Shown in pieces: positions 26,051-41,130 of a stretch of DNA of 64,000 nt. This DNA is from Eledone cirrhosa (lineage: Eukaryota): contig OZ024742.1 of the NCBI GenBank assembly GCA_964016885.1, positions 39,742,001 through 39,806,000 of the forward strand, read 5' to 3'. Made by a program: the position numbers and the translations under genes. The notes under the pieces were generated by a model. It searched no databases and was not told the DNA's origin. It saw only the letters and a program-made list of their open reading frames with translations. The number at the start of each line of letters is the position of its first letter. The stretch's first letter is position 1.

Positions 26051-26220
26051 ATTATTATGTAGTCTCCTTTTCAGAGGGCAATACACAGTGCCTTGTTCAC
26101 AGTTAACAACAAAGGTATTCTACAAATAACAATTCAAACCCAACTGAAACAACAAAGACCTTCTAGAGTCGATATCAACACGTCTGTCGCAAATGAGGAA
26201 CAAAATAATATAATAGTAAT

Positions 26221-26404
26221 AATAATTGTTTCTACTTTTGGCACAAGACCAGCAATTACCCAGTACATTACTGGTACTTTATTTTATCGACCCCGTAAGG
26301 ATCAAAGGCAAAGTTAACCTCGGCGAGATTTGAACTCAGGGATGCAACTCTATGCTTCAAAGCATGGCGTCCGACCCTCTACCGATACTGCCAATCCACC
26401 GCCC
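26221..26404 (-). mobile_element. tRNA-derived SINE, family A
   Basis: Matches the family A sequence. Confidence 0.85.
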
Positions 26405-26557
26405 TATATAATAGTAATAATAATAGCATGTGGATTGCAGGAGGGGTGAAGGTGATGAATAGTGCAAATCTAGTCTTAACTCAATGAAAGTTCATTGAAC
26501 GTGAATAACTAACAGAATGAATGTGAATGGAAAAATAAAGCAAAAATTTATCAAGGA

Positions 26558-28139
<1,582 letters not shown>

Positions 28140-28365
28140 AGTTGAACGTTCGAAAGTATATACTTTCCTTATGAAAATTAACGGCTGAGCAGCCTAATTT
28201 GCATATTGAGTGAGTTAAATCGGTCAGGCATACCGAAAACGATAAATTGAAACAAAATGAAAACGAAATTTCATTTCTCACTCTTAGTATGGCACTTACT
28301 TAAATGTAAGTATGCATGTATACGTACATACATATATGTATACAGACGTACAGTAGCATGCATAT

Positions 28366-28396
<31 letters not shown>

Positions 28397-28554
28397 CATA
28401 TGCATACAGGTACACATACATATATGCACGTATCAGTTTAGCGGCGCTTATTATAACGTCGCTTTGTTCGTTTGTAAACAAACTGAACAGCCTGAATTTA
28501 TGCCATACGGTGTAAAGGCAACCACGTCACCTTTTTGTTCAACACTGACACAGG

Positions 28555-28599
28555 AACGATGTACTAGTTTCAAGCTTGTTAGCTATCATCAGCACCGTT
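28555..28599 (-). ncRNA. type I hammerhead ribozyme, array unit 1; repeated at 29027, 29511, 29979, 30451, 30923, 31397, 31865, 32337, 32809 and 33287 (45 nt each)
   Basis: Minus strand: AACGGTG-CTGATGA-T-AGCT-AACA-AGCT-T-GAA-ACTAGT-A^-CATCGTT. It has a 7-bp stem I, intact core, 4-bp stem II, palindromic stem III and a GUA cleavage triplet. Confidence 0.88.
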
Positions 28600-28672
28600 T
28601 ACCCATCTGCCAGATAGTTGAACGTTCGAAAGTATATACTTTCCTTATGAAAATTAACGGCTGAGCAGCCTA

Positions 28673-28680
28673 ATTTGCAT
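28673..28680. promoter_or_regulatory. octamer motif ATTTGCAT in each array unit
   Basis: Perfect octamer in 11 of 12 positions (ATTTGAAT near 32930), about 110 nt upstream of the HHR cleavage site on the minus strand; function is inferred only. Confidence 0.4.
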
Positions 28681-29306
28681 ATTGAGTGAGTTAAATCGGT
28701 CAGGCATACCGAAAACGATAAATTGAAACAAAATGAAAACGAAATTTCATTTCTCACTCTTAGTATGGCACTTACTTAAATGTAAGTATGCATGTATACG
28801 TACATACATATATGTATACAGACGTACAGTAGCATGCATATGTATATATATATATACATATACATATACATATGCATACAGGTACACATACATATATGCA
28901 CGTATCAGTTTAGCGGCGCTTATTATAACGTCGCTTTGTTCGTTTGTAAACAAACTGAACAGCCTGAATTTATGCCATACGGTGTTAAGGCAACCACGTC
29001 ACCTTTTTGTTCAACACTGACACAGGAACGATGTACTAGTTTCAAACTTGTTAGCTATCATCAGCACCGTTTACCCATCTGCCAGATAGTTGAACGTTCG
29101 GAAGTATATACGTTCCTTATGAAAATTAACGGCTGAGCAGCCTAATTTGCATATTGAGTGAGTTAAATCGGTCAGGCATACCGAAAACGATAAATTGAAA
29201 CAAAATGAAAACGAAATTTCATTTCTCACTCTTAGTATGGCACTTACTTAAATGTAAGTATGCATGTATACGTACATACATATATGCATACAGACGTACA
29301 GTAGCA

Positions 29307-29352
<46 letters not shown>

Positions 29353-31205
29353 CATAGGCATACAGGTACACATACATATATGCACGTATCAGTTTAGCGG
29401 CGCTTATTATAACGTCGCTTTGTTCGTTTGTAAACAAACTGAACAGCCTGAATTTATGCCATACGGTGTTAAGGCAACCACGTCATCTTTTTGTTCAACA
29501 CTGACACAGGAACGATGTACTAGTTTCAAGCTTGTTAGCTATCATCAGCACCGTTTACCCATCTGCCAGATAGTTGAACGTTCGAAAGTATATACTTTCC
29601 TTATGAAAATTAACGGCTGAGCAGCCTAATTTGCATATTGAGTGAGTTAAATCGGTCAGGCATACCGAAAACGATAAATTGAAACAAAATGAAAACGAAA
29701 TTTCATTTCTCACTCTTAGTATGGCACTTACTTAAATGTAAGTATGCATGTATACGTACATACATATATGTATACAGACGTACAGTAGCATGCATATGTA
29801 TATATATACATATACATATACATATGCATACAGGTACACATACATATATGCACGTATCAGTTTAGCGGCGCTTATTATAACGTCGCTTTGTTCGTTTGTA
29901 AACAAACTGAACAGCCTGAATTTATGCCATACGGTGTTAAGGCAACGACGTCACCGTTTTGTTCAACACTGACACAGGAACGATGTACTAGTTTCAAGCT
30001 TGTTAGCTATCATCAGCACCGTTTACCCATCTGCCAGATAGTTGAACGTTCGGAAGTATATACTTTCCTTATGAAAATTAACGGCTGAGCAGCCTAATTT
30101 GCATATTGAGTGAGTTAAATCGGTCAGGCATACCGAAAACGATAAATTGAAACAAAATGAAAACGAAATTTCATTTCTCACTCTTAGTATGGCACTTACT
30201 TAAATGTAAGTATGCATGTATACGTACATACATATATGTATACAGACGTACAGTAGCATGCATATGTATATATATATATACATATACATATACATATGCA
30301 TACAGGTACACATACATATATGCACGTATCAGTTTAGCGGCGCTTATTATAACGTCGCTTTGTTCGTTTGTAAACAAACTGAACAGCCTGAATTTATGCC
30401 ATACGGTGTTAAGGCAACCACGTCACCTTTTTGTTCAACACTGACACAGGAACGATGTACTAGTTTCAAGCTTGTTAGCTATCATCAGCACCGTTTACCC
30501 ATCTGCCAGATAGTTGAACGTTCGAAAGTATATACTTTCCTTATGAAAATTAACGGCTGAGCAGCCTAATTTGCATATTGAGTGAGTTAAATCGGTCAGG
30601 CATACCGAAAACGATAAATTGAAACAAAATGAAAACGAAATTTCATTTCTCACTCTTAGTATGGCACTTACTTAAACGTAAGTATGCATGTATACGTACA
30701 TACATATATGTATACAGACGTACAGTAGCATGCATATGTATATATATATATACATATACATATACATATGCATACAGGTACACATACATATATGCACGTA
30801 TCAGTTTAGCGGCGCTTATTATAACGTCGCTTTGTTCGTTTGTAAACAAACTGAACAGCCTGAATTTATGCCATACGGTGTTAAGGCAACCACGTCACCT
30901 TTTTGTTCAACACTGACACAGGAACGATGTACTAGTTTCAAGCTTGTTAGCTATCATCAGCACCGTTTACCCATCTGCCAGATAGTTGAACGTTCGGAAG
31001 TATATACTTTCCTTATGAAAATTAACGGCTGAGCAGCCTAATTTGCATATTGAGTGAGTTAAATCGGTCAGGCATACCGAAAACGATAAATTGAAACAAA
31101 ATGAAAACGAAATTTCATTTCTCACTCTTAGTATGGCACTTACTTAAATGTAAGTATGCATGTATACGTACATACATATATGTATACAGACGTACAGTAG
31201 CATGC

Positions 31206-31238
<33 letters not shown>

Positions 31239-33663
31239 CATATGCATACAGGTACACATACATATATGCACGTATCAGTTTAGCGGCGCTTATTATAACG
31301 TCGCTTTGTTCGTTTGTAAACAAACTGAACAGCCTGAATTTATGCCATACGGTGTTAAGGCAACCACGTCATCTTTTTGTTCAACACTGACACAGGAACG
31401 ATGTACTAGTTTCAAGCTTGTTAGCTATCATCAGCACCGTTTACCCATCTGCCAGATAGTTGAACGTTCGAAAGTATATACTTTCCTTATGAAAATTAAC
31501 GGCTGAGCAGCCTAATTTGCATATTGAGTGAGTTAAATCGGTCAGGCATACCGAAAACGATAAATTGAAACAAAATGAAAACGAAATTTCATTTCTCACT
31601 CTTAGTATGGCACTTACTTAAATGTAAGTATGCATGTATACGTACATACATATATGTATACAGACGTACAGTAGCATGCATATGTATATATATACATATA
31701 CATATACATATGCATACAGGTACACATACATATATGCACGTATCAGTTTAGCGGCGCTTATTATAACGTCGCTTTGTTCGTTTGTAAACAAACTGAACAG
31801 CCTGAATTTATGCCATACGGTGTTAAGGCAACCACGTCACCTTTTTGTTCAACACTGACACAGGAACGATGTACTAGTTTCAAGCTTGTTAGCTATCATC
31901 AGCACCGTTTACCCATCTGCCAGATAGTTGAACGTTCGAAAGTATATACTTTCCTTATGAAAATTAACGGCTGAGCAGCCTAATTTGCATATTGAGTGAG
32001 TTAAATCGGTCAGGCATACCGAAAACGATAAATTGAAACTAAATGAAAACGAAATTTCATTTCTCACTCTTAGTATGGCACTTACTTAAACGTAAGTATG
32101 CATGTATACGTACATACATATATGTATACAGACGTACAGTAGCATGCATATGTATATATATATATACATATACATATACATATGCATACAGGTACACATA
32201 CATATATGCACGTATCAGTTTAGCGGCGCTTATTATAACGTCGCTTTGTTCGTTTGTAAACAAACTGAACAGCCTGAATTTATGCCATACGGTGTTAAGG
32301 CAACCACGTCACCTTTTTGTTCAACACTGACACAGGAACGATGTACTAGTTTCAAGCTTGTTAGCTATCATCAGCACCGTTTACCCATCTGCCAGATAGT
32401 TGAACGTTCGGAAGTATATACTTTCCTTATGAAAATTAACGGCTGAGCAGCCTAATTTGCATATTGAGTGAGTTAAATCGGTCAGGCATACCGAAAACGA
32501 TAAATTGAAACAAAATGAAAACGAAATTTCATTTCTCACTCTTAGTATGGCACTTACTTAAATGTAAGTATGCATGTATACGTACATACATATATGTATA
32601 CAGACGTACAGTAGCATGCATATGTATATATATATATACATATACATATACATATGCATACAGGTACACATACATATATGCACGTATCAGTTTAGCGGCG
32701 CTTATTATAACGTCGCTTTGTTCGTTTGTAAACAAACTGAACAGCCTGAATTTATGCCATACGGTGTTAAGGCAACCACGTCACCTTTTTGTTCAACACT
32801 GACACAGGAACGATGTACTAGTTTCAAGCTTGTTAGCTATCATCAGCACCGTTTACCCATCTGCCAGATAGTTGAACGTTCGAAAGTATATACTTTCCTT
32901 ATGAAAATTAACGGCTGAGCAGCCTAATTTGAATATTGAGTGAGTTAAATCGGTCAGGCATACCGAAAACGATAAATTGAAACAAAATGAAAACGAAATT
33001 TCATTTCTCACTCTTAGTATGGCACTTACTTAAATGTAAGTATGCATGTATACGTACATACATATATGTATACAGACGTACAGTAGCATGCATATGTATA
33101 TATATATATACATATACATATACATATACATATGCATACAGGTACACATACATATATGCACGTATCAGTTTAACGGCGCTTATTATAACGTCGCTTTGTT
33201 CGTTTGTAAACAAACTGAACAGCCTGAATTTATGCCATACGGTGTTAAGGCAACCACGTCACCTTTTTGTTCAACACTGACACAGGAACGATGTACTAGT
33301 TTCAAACTTGTTAGCTATCATCAGCACCGTTTACCCATCTGCCAGATAGTTGAACGTTCGGAAGTATATACTTTCCTTATGAAAATTAACGGCTGAGCAG
33401 CCTAATTTGCATATTGAGTGAGTTAAATCGGTCAGCCATACCGAAAACGATAAATTGAAACAAAATGAAAACGAAATTTCATTTCTCACTCTTAGTATGG
33501 CACTTACTTAAATGTAAGTATGCATGTATACGTACATACATATATGTATACAGACGTACAGTAGCATGCATATGTATATATATATATACATATACATATA
33601 CATATGCATACAGTGCCATACTAAGAGTGAGAAATGAAATTTCGTTTTCATTTTGTTTCAATT

Positions 33664-33733
<70 letters not shown>

Positions 33734-33970
33734 TACGTGTATGTGTGTGTGTGTGTGTATATGTACGGCAACACTCATCTTTTTCCATTTCTCCGAGGGT
33801 TATAAACCCCACTATCAGGCTAGAAATTTCTTTAGTCTAAAATACGGCGAAAGCTTATAATTTCTAATTTCTAATTTCAAACTCGCGCACCGTTTCAAAA
33901 ACATACTTACATGTTTACGTTTATAATTTGATTGTATATATATATATATATATATATATGAAAAAGTATG

Positions 33971-34067
33971 ACCCCGACGGCAGAGCTCAAGCCGTTTCGA
34001 CGGCTATTTCTGGACTAAATTAGAATTTTTAGCCTGGTGAATAAATAGCCGAACTTGTCAAGGAGGT
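33971..34067 (-). ncRNA. degenerate hammerhead in an inverted PLE 3' UTR
   Basis: ACCTCC-TTGACAA (decayed CTGACGA)-..CGGCTATTT...AAATAGCCG..-GAA-ACGGC..GCCGT-C^-GGGGT. Confidence 0.5.
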
Positions 34068-34499
34068 ACTTCCTTATATGGGAAGATTGTAGTTGTCAAG
34101 AGGATTGGGTAAAATTTGTTGTAAACCCAAATACGTCTAACATGGCATTTGGTGGGATGTAGGGGTGGCTGAACTTGCCTGTAGAACAATAGGGGAGTTA
34201 GTGGAGCGGTCAAGCGTTGAAAGTGATATGTATACAGCAGATTCTGAGGATAGTGTATGAAGTGGAGGAGGGAGGTTATAGAATAGGTAAATCGAATGAG
34301 AGTAGGAGACAATAAAAGATAATAGAAAGAAATAAAAAAATATATAAAATTAGATAGTGAGAAATGAATAAAAAAAATCACAATGTTATCTTACAATTAC
34401 AGGTTAATAAGTTGAGAATAGAAAAAACTTGTTGAAATTGAGTAGTAACAAAACTGATACAAAATTAAAGGGGTTTAACACGACTGTTATAAGTAGTTA

Positions 34500-35382
34500 G
34501 TAAAACGTATTCGGCCAATTCTATCTTAAAATTACAAAGTTATACTAAAAGTTAAGCAAAACGTGAGACTTAGCCTATGGGTCAGCACCCAGGAAGTAAT
34601 CTCATGGTTCAGGAATATGGAGAACAAACGAGACAGAAAATTCATCCAGTTTGACATAGAGAGTTACTATGTATCTATTACCTTACCGCTCCTTACCGCC
34701 TTGGATTTTGCCGAAACGCTCACACCCATCACTGACCAGGAAAGAAATATCATTCTCCACGCCAGGAAGACAGTCCTACTTTTCGACATCTCCAAGTGGA
34801 TAAAGAGAGTTCCCGACTCCCCCTTCGACGTCAGTATGGGCGCGACGGATTCGGCCGAGGTCACAGATGTTATTGGATTATTCCTACTATTTAAACTCAC
34901 CGAAATGTTTCCTGTATTCGGCGGTGGATTGTACCGGGATGATGGGCTCCTCACCCTCAAAGTGTACAACCCCAGTAGTACAGACCGGGTCCGTAAACAA
35001 CTAATCAACTTCTTCCGGGACTGGGGATTTAAAATCACCCTACAAACGTCCCTAACCCGAGTCAATTTCCTGGACGTTACCATTAACCTCGAAAATGATC
35101 TGTACTACCCACACAGGAAACTAAACGACAACCTGCACTACATCCACCGCCGCTCTAACCATCCTAGAAACATCACTAATAACCTGGTTAAAAACATCTC
35201 CGTCCGCATATCTCGTTTGTCCGCTAATGAGCAGATATTCGACAAACACGCGCCTCAATACAACCAGGCCGTCAGGCGGAGTGGCTTCCGGGAGAAAATA
35301 TCCTTTTATCCAGCTTCCTTTAACGGAACCAGCAGGTGACACCGCCGCTGACGCAACGTAACGTGGTTCAATCCACCCCATA
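34500..35382 (+). mobile_element. Naiad-like Penelope-like element RT fragment
   Basis: LW.STQEVISWF, FIQFDIESYY, FDVSMGATDSAEVTD, GGLYRDDGL, VNFLDVT, SNHP, VTWFNPP; preceded by an apparently inverted UTR at 33960-34499. Confidence 0.88.
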
Positions 35383-35405
35383 ATGTATACAGACGTACAG
35401 TAGCA

Positions 35406-35459
<54 letters not shown>

Positions 35460-35572
35460 CATATATATATATACATACAGGTACACATACATATATGCAC
35501 GTATCAGTTTAGCAGACGCCTATTATAACGCCGCTTTGTTCGTTTGTAAACCTGTATGTATATATATATATG

Positions 35573-35640
<68 letters not shown>

Positions 35641-35696
35641 TGCTACTGTACGTCTGTATACATATATGTATGTACGTATACACACATACTTACATT

Positions 35697-35700
<4 letters not shown>
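35383..35700. repeat. direct and inverted fragments of the 472-bp unit
   Basis: TGTATACAGACGTACAGTAGCATG...GTTCGTTTGTAAAC followed by reverse-complement unit sequence. Confidence 0.85.
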
Positions 35701-35728
<28 letters not shown>

Positions 35729-35731
35729 TAT

Positions 35732-36103
35732 AATGAAAAATTGAACGGGAACAAAACAGAGAGGCAGTACAAACAAATGTTTATTAATTTCACGCTCTTG
35801 AGAGTGGGGTGGTGGTGGGGAACGACGTTTCGGGCATAAGCCCTTCTTCAGGTGAAAAGTGTGTGGGAAGAGAGTTCAAAGGGTGTGTAGGGGAGTGGTG
35901 GAGAGACATATAGCAAAAAGGGGGTGAGAGGAAACGGTGCAAATGAAATTAAAAATAAAGGCATGATCAAAATAAAATTAAAATGGGGTAAAACAGGTGG
36001 TGGAAGGCTGTGGGGCGTGTAGGGGTGGTGGCGGGTGGAGTGTGGAGAGGGAGACGGGGTGTCCGAGCGGGCAGGGCTGAAGGTGGTGTGTGTGTGTAGG
36101 TGT

Positions 36104-36142
<39 letters not shown>

Positions 36143-38360
36143 AAAGCAAGGGTTGGGGGAAGAACGGGGTTGCATGTTCAGGAAGAGGCGTGTGTGGGGT
36201 GGGGTGTAGGTCGGAGTGTGTGTGCGTGTGTGGATAGAGGGGTGGGGGGAGAGGATTCCGGAGGCTGAAGGTGTAAATATGTGGTGGTACGCACGTGCGT
36301 GTGTGGTGTTTATGCGTGTTGTGGGTGTAGGTGGCGTGTGGGAAAAAAAATTTTTTGGTGTGTGTGTGGGTGAGTCATAAAGGTAATTCCGTAAAAAGAT
36401 GTGGTGGAATGCTTAGTAAGATCCTTGGATGTGGTGGATTCCGGGATCAAAGTTCACATACGTGTAATCCGTGAAGAGATTGGTCGGAAGAGGGGAGATG
36501 TGGGGTGCGCGCGCAACAGGAAGTGGTCAGAGGGTCAAGGCAGGAGGAGTGTTGTGTGTCTGTGTGTGCGGGGAGGTGGTCAGAGGGCATAGCAGCAGTA
36601 GGGTAGAATGGTAAGTGAAGGTGTGTTGTGTGTCTGTGTGTGCGGGGAGGTGGTCAGAGGGCATAGCAGCAATAGGGTAGAATGGTAAGTGAATGTGTGT
36701 CAGTGTGTGCGGTGGACAGGGGAGAGGATGGGTAGGTGTGAAAGTTGGAGTGAGGAGGGGGGTGTATTAGTAGAGGTGTTAGTGGGATGAGTGAGTGTTT
36801 GAGAAAGGGTGTGGGTGGAGCGGGGAGAGAAGGGTGTGGGGGCCGATGGAGGGAGTGTAGTGTACTGGTGTATGTGTTTGGTGAAGGGCGTGTTAGTGGG
36901 TGTTAGTATACAGGAGGTGGAGAAAGGGTTGAATGCGGGTGTGAGTGGGGATCAGTGGTGGTAGGGTGTGTAGAGTGGGTGGTGTTAGAGGGTGTGTGTA
37001 CGTGTGCGTAGGGTTGGGGGTGTTAGTGATGTTAGTTGCGTGTAGGGTGGGTGGTGTAAGTGGGTGTGTGTGTTCGTGTGCTTGGGGTCAGGAGGTGTTA
37101 GTGATATTAGTTGCGGGGTGGATGTGTGCGGGTGAGGGTTAGTGGTGGTAGTAGGGTGTGTGTTTAGTGTGAGCGCGTGTATATATGTGTCGGTGGGTGT
37201 GTGCGTGTGATAAGGAGGGGGGGAGAAGGGAGGGGTGTTAGTATGTTAGTTGGGGAAGGGTGGTCGGATGTGGTGTGGAGGTGTTAGTATTGTTAGTTGT
37301 GGGGTGGGTGGTGAAAAGGAGGGGTGTGTTAATGGTGTTAGTGGGGGATATGTGTGGGGGTAGGGGGGCGGTCGAAGGCTAAAGGAATAAGGGTGGGGAG
37401 TTCAGGCCGGGGGGAGTGTGGGTCTGTAAGATGAAGATGGTTCGTTGTTCAACTCTTAGGAGATTGGCGGGTGTTCCGTGGCATTGGAATAGGCCACAGA
37501 CTGTGAGATGGCGTGCGGAATGTCCAGGGACACCAAAGTGGCGGGCGATGGGGGAACTACCACCGAGATGAATATCCCGGAGGTGCTCAGTAAATCTGTC
37601 CGCCAGGCGACGTCCAGTCTGTCCGACGTAAGTCGCGATGCACTCCGTGCAGCGAAGTCCGTAGACTAGGTTGGAGGAGGTGCAGCGGAAGGCATGCCGG
37701 ACAGAGAGAGAGTGGCCGTTGGGACCCTGGAAGGTGGTGGTGTTGGTGATGTGGGGACAGGTGTTGCAGCGGGGCCTAGAACAGGGAAAGGAACCGGGGG
37801 GGGAGCGTGGGTTGGGGGGTAGGGAGCTGTGGACGAGGAGGGTGCGGATATTGCGTGCGCGTTTGAAGGAGGGGAGTGGTGGGGCTGGGAAGATGTGGGA
37901 GGTGGAGGGGTGGTAGGTGATGGGGAAGGGAAGACGGCAGGTGGGTGTGCGGTGGCGTGGGGTGAGGGTGGTGGAGCGGTGGACAGCACGGGCGCGGGTG
38001 AGAGCGATCTGGACGAGAGGGGGGGGGGGGAACCTCTGCGGATGAAATGGCTGACTAGGGAAAGGGTCTGGGACTCAAAGTTGGCATCTCGGCTACAGAG
38101 GCGGCGGATCCTGAGGAGTTGGGAGTAGGGAATAGAGTGTTTAGTGTGTGTGGGGTGGGAAGAGGTGAAGTCGAGGTAAGAGTGGGAGTCGGTGGGTTTG
38201 AAGAAGGCGGAGGTGACGAGGGAGTGGTGGGAGGGGTCGAAGTCGACGGAGATGTCTAAGAAGTGGACGTGGGTGGTGGAGATAGAAGTGGTGAAGTGGA
38301 GGGAGGGGTGGAAGGAGCAGAAGAAGGAGAGAAAGGAGTCGAGCTGTTCTCGGGTGAGGG
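35732..38360 (-). mobile_element. 5'-truncated Neptune-type PLE (hammerhead at 35822-35854)
   Basis: Homologous to 17161-19515; intact GIY-YIG segment LVYGLRCTECIATYVGQTG at about 37615-37670. Confidence 0.9.
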
Positions 38361-39130
38361 TCGTCATCAGGGAGATCTGTTCACAGCTAAGATCCCAGGC
38401 AAAGCGTGGACACAGGGAACTTATACAAAAATAATTCAGTGGATGGAAAAAAGCAAGCGAGGACTAGATTCCAGGACATTGAAAAAATCACTGCCTACTT
38501 AGTCGGTGGCGAATTCAAAAGAATCAATCACGTGACATCGAGGTCAATCAGTGAGGAGTGGGGGTGCTAATGAGACAGTAGCCTGGCTATTACTATGAAG
38601 CATAGCAGTAGTTTTGGCAAATTTTTGCTCAACAAAATAATTTGGAGATAATTATAAAGAATTAGTATATCTACCAACATATATATACAGATGTATACCT
38701 ATGCTAGCAAATATATAGGTTTTGTCTTAGTAACTTTGTGGTTCAATGCAAGGGGATGCAGAACAATTATATGAATGACGTAAAATAAGAAAATTATAAA
38801 AATTTACTTACATACTAAAATTTCACTCCAACTAATTAGTTTCTGAAAGGGAATAAACATGGTTTCCAATTGGAACAACATGGAGAAATATCCTTTCGTC
38901 ATCAGGGAGATCTGTTCTCAGCTAAGTTCCCAGGCAAAGCGTGGACACAGGGAACTTATACAAAAATAATTCAGTGGATGGAAAAAAGCAATGAAATTTT
39001 CTTATTTTACGTCTTTCATATAATTGTTCTGCATCCCCTTGCATTGAACCACAAAGTTACTAAGACAAAACCTATATATTTGCTAACATAGGTATACATC
39101 TGTATATATATGTTGGTAGATATACTAATT

Positions 39131-39133
<3 letters not shown>
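38361..39133 (-). mobile_element. non-coding ~536-bp HHR-bearing element: unit, partial tandem copy and inverted tail
   Basis: TCGTCATCAGGGAGATCTG at 38361 and 38897; about 38995-39133 is the reverse complement of about 38655-38793. Confidence 0.8.
38826..38909 (-). ncRNA. type I hammerhead with long stem II
   Basis: CTCC-CTGATGA-C-GAAAGG..(CATG..TTCCAATTGGAA..CATG)..CCTTTC-A-GAA-ACTAATTAGT-T^-GGAG. Confidence 0.78.
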
Positions 39134-39173
<40 letters not shown>

Positions 39174-39184
39174 AATATACATAT

Positions 39185-39217
<33 letters not shown>

Positions 39218-39218
39218 A

Positions 39219-39367
<149 letters not shown>

Positions 39368-39656
39368 GAGAAAATATATATATATATACGTATATATATA
39401 TATACAGTATATATATATATATATACATGATACAAAACAAAAATCTGATGAGATAATAAAAAAAGAGAATAATCTAAATGATTTGTGGGCAAGAAGAGGG
39501 AGAAACACAGTAAGAAAGAGGGAGACATTGACAAAGAGAGAAAGAGGGTCAGCGACTTATGTTCAAACATTCAACGACTAGTGTTCTGTTTGGCCCGAGG
39601 CGACTATATAATTTGTTAATGGACTAATTATTTCAAGGGACGGCAAACTAAAACTT

Positions 39657-39786
<130 letters not shown>

Positions 39787-39904
39787 TATATATGTATATA
39801 TATACATATTGTGTTAGTATTTGTGGTTGTTGTTATACACTACGCCTACATACACCTAGTAAATATATTCATGGTGTCACCCTTATATAACTTTTTGTGT
39901 TAAC

Positions 39905-40110
39905 AGATCCTGGCAACCACAAAAAGAAGATATCTTGTGGACATACAACCAGCAGCATATTCTTGGTCACTGGCTGAGAAGCCCACTCGAGAAAATACCC
40001 TACCGCTATGCTTTATACTCTACAACACAAGGCCAAAACCACAGAGGTCGACCACGCTTAACATATATAAAAAACATACAAGACTCCACTGGCGTTAGCG
40101 CAAATCAGAT
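39905..40110 (+). pseudogene. LINE (RTE-like) C-terminal fragment
   Basis: ILGHWLR...RGRPRLTYIKNI motif. Confidence 0.55.
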
Positions 40111-40111
40111 T

Positions 40112-40989
40112 CAGTTGTCCCCCAATATTCACGGGGATTACGTACCTAGACCACCCACGTAGAGTGAAAACCGCGAATATTAGACGCGGTCCATAAAAAT
40201 GCCTATAAACGTAAAAATATAACGCAAAATATTCCTTGGCTCGAGGGATGAAACATTGGTGGAACCAGTTCAAAGTTAGACTTTTGTTAATCCAGTCCTT
40301 GGCGTTGTGCATCCAGTGGACAGGCAGCAGATTTGTATAGGCCTTATCTACAAGTCCGCAAACCCGAGAGCCGTCAATAATTGTTTCTACTTTGGGCACA
40401 AGGCCAGCAATTATCCCAGTGTATTACTGTTACTTTATTTTATCGACCTCGTAAGGATGAAAGGCAAAGTTAACCTCGGCGAGATTTGAACTCAGACCAT
40501 AAAGGGCCGTAACTGGTCTGATGTTCAAATCCCGCCGAGGTTAACTTTGCCTTTCATCCTTACGGGGTCGATAAAATAAAGTACCAGTAATACACTTGCA
40601 TAATTGCTGGCCTTGTGCCTATGTAAGAAACCATTATTGACGGCTCTAGGGTTTGCGGACTTGTAGATAAGGCCTGGTTTCATCATGAAGCCAGCAGCAT
40701 TACCACACATAATGAGCGTTACTCTGTCCTTCTGTGCCTTAAATCCAGGAACTCTGGCTTCGTTCTTCATGGTGTACGTTCTGGAAGGCACCTTCTTCCA
40801 GAACAAGCTAGTCTCGTCAATATTGAAAACCTGTTTTGCCTTGTATCCTTTGTCCTCGATGATTTGCCTGAAGGTCTTGAGATACTTCTCGGCGGCTTCT
40901 TTGTCGGCTGATGCTGCCTTTCCATGCAGGGAAACAGACTTTATTTTAAACAGTTTCTGGAAACGGCCAAACCTACCCTTGCTGGCTTG
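40112..40989 (-). mobile_element. Tigger/pogo DNA transposon remnant (DDE transposase and terminal sequence)
   Basis: Minus strand: LHGKAASAD..QVFNIDETSLFWKKVPSRTY..GFKAQKDRVTLIMCGNAAG..W..N.K.W..WFHQCFIP. Tigger-like terminus CAGTTGTCCCCCAATATTCACGGGG at 40112. Confidence 0.88.
40377..40635. mobile_element. inverted pair of family A SINE fragments within Tigger
   Basis: 40377-40513 is minus and 40514-40635 is plus orientation. Confidence 0.8.
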
Positions 40990-40990
40990 A

Positions 40991-41130
40991 GAAGAAGAAG
41001 AAGAAGAAGAAGAAGAAGAAGAAGAAGAAGAAGAAGAAGAAGAAGAAGAAGAAGAAGAAGAAGAAGAAGAAGAAGAAGAAGAAGAAGAAGAAGAAGAAGA
41101 AGAAGAAGAAGAAGAAGAAGAAGAAGAAGA
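40991..41130. repeat. (GAA)n microsatellite
   Basis: Direct inspection. Confidence 0.95.

Noticed and set aside
28257-33860. Repeated 60-135-aa ORFs in the tandem array, and a CRISPR-like interpretation
   Set aside because: Reading frames shift with internal (TA)n length and show no domain. The units are wholly repeated with no unique spacers, and the DNA is eukaryotic.
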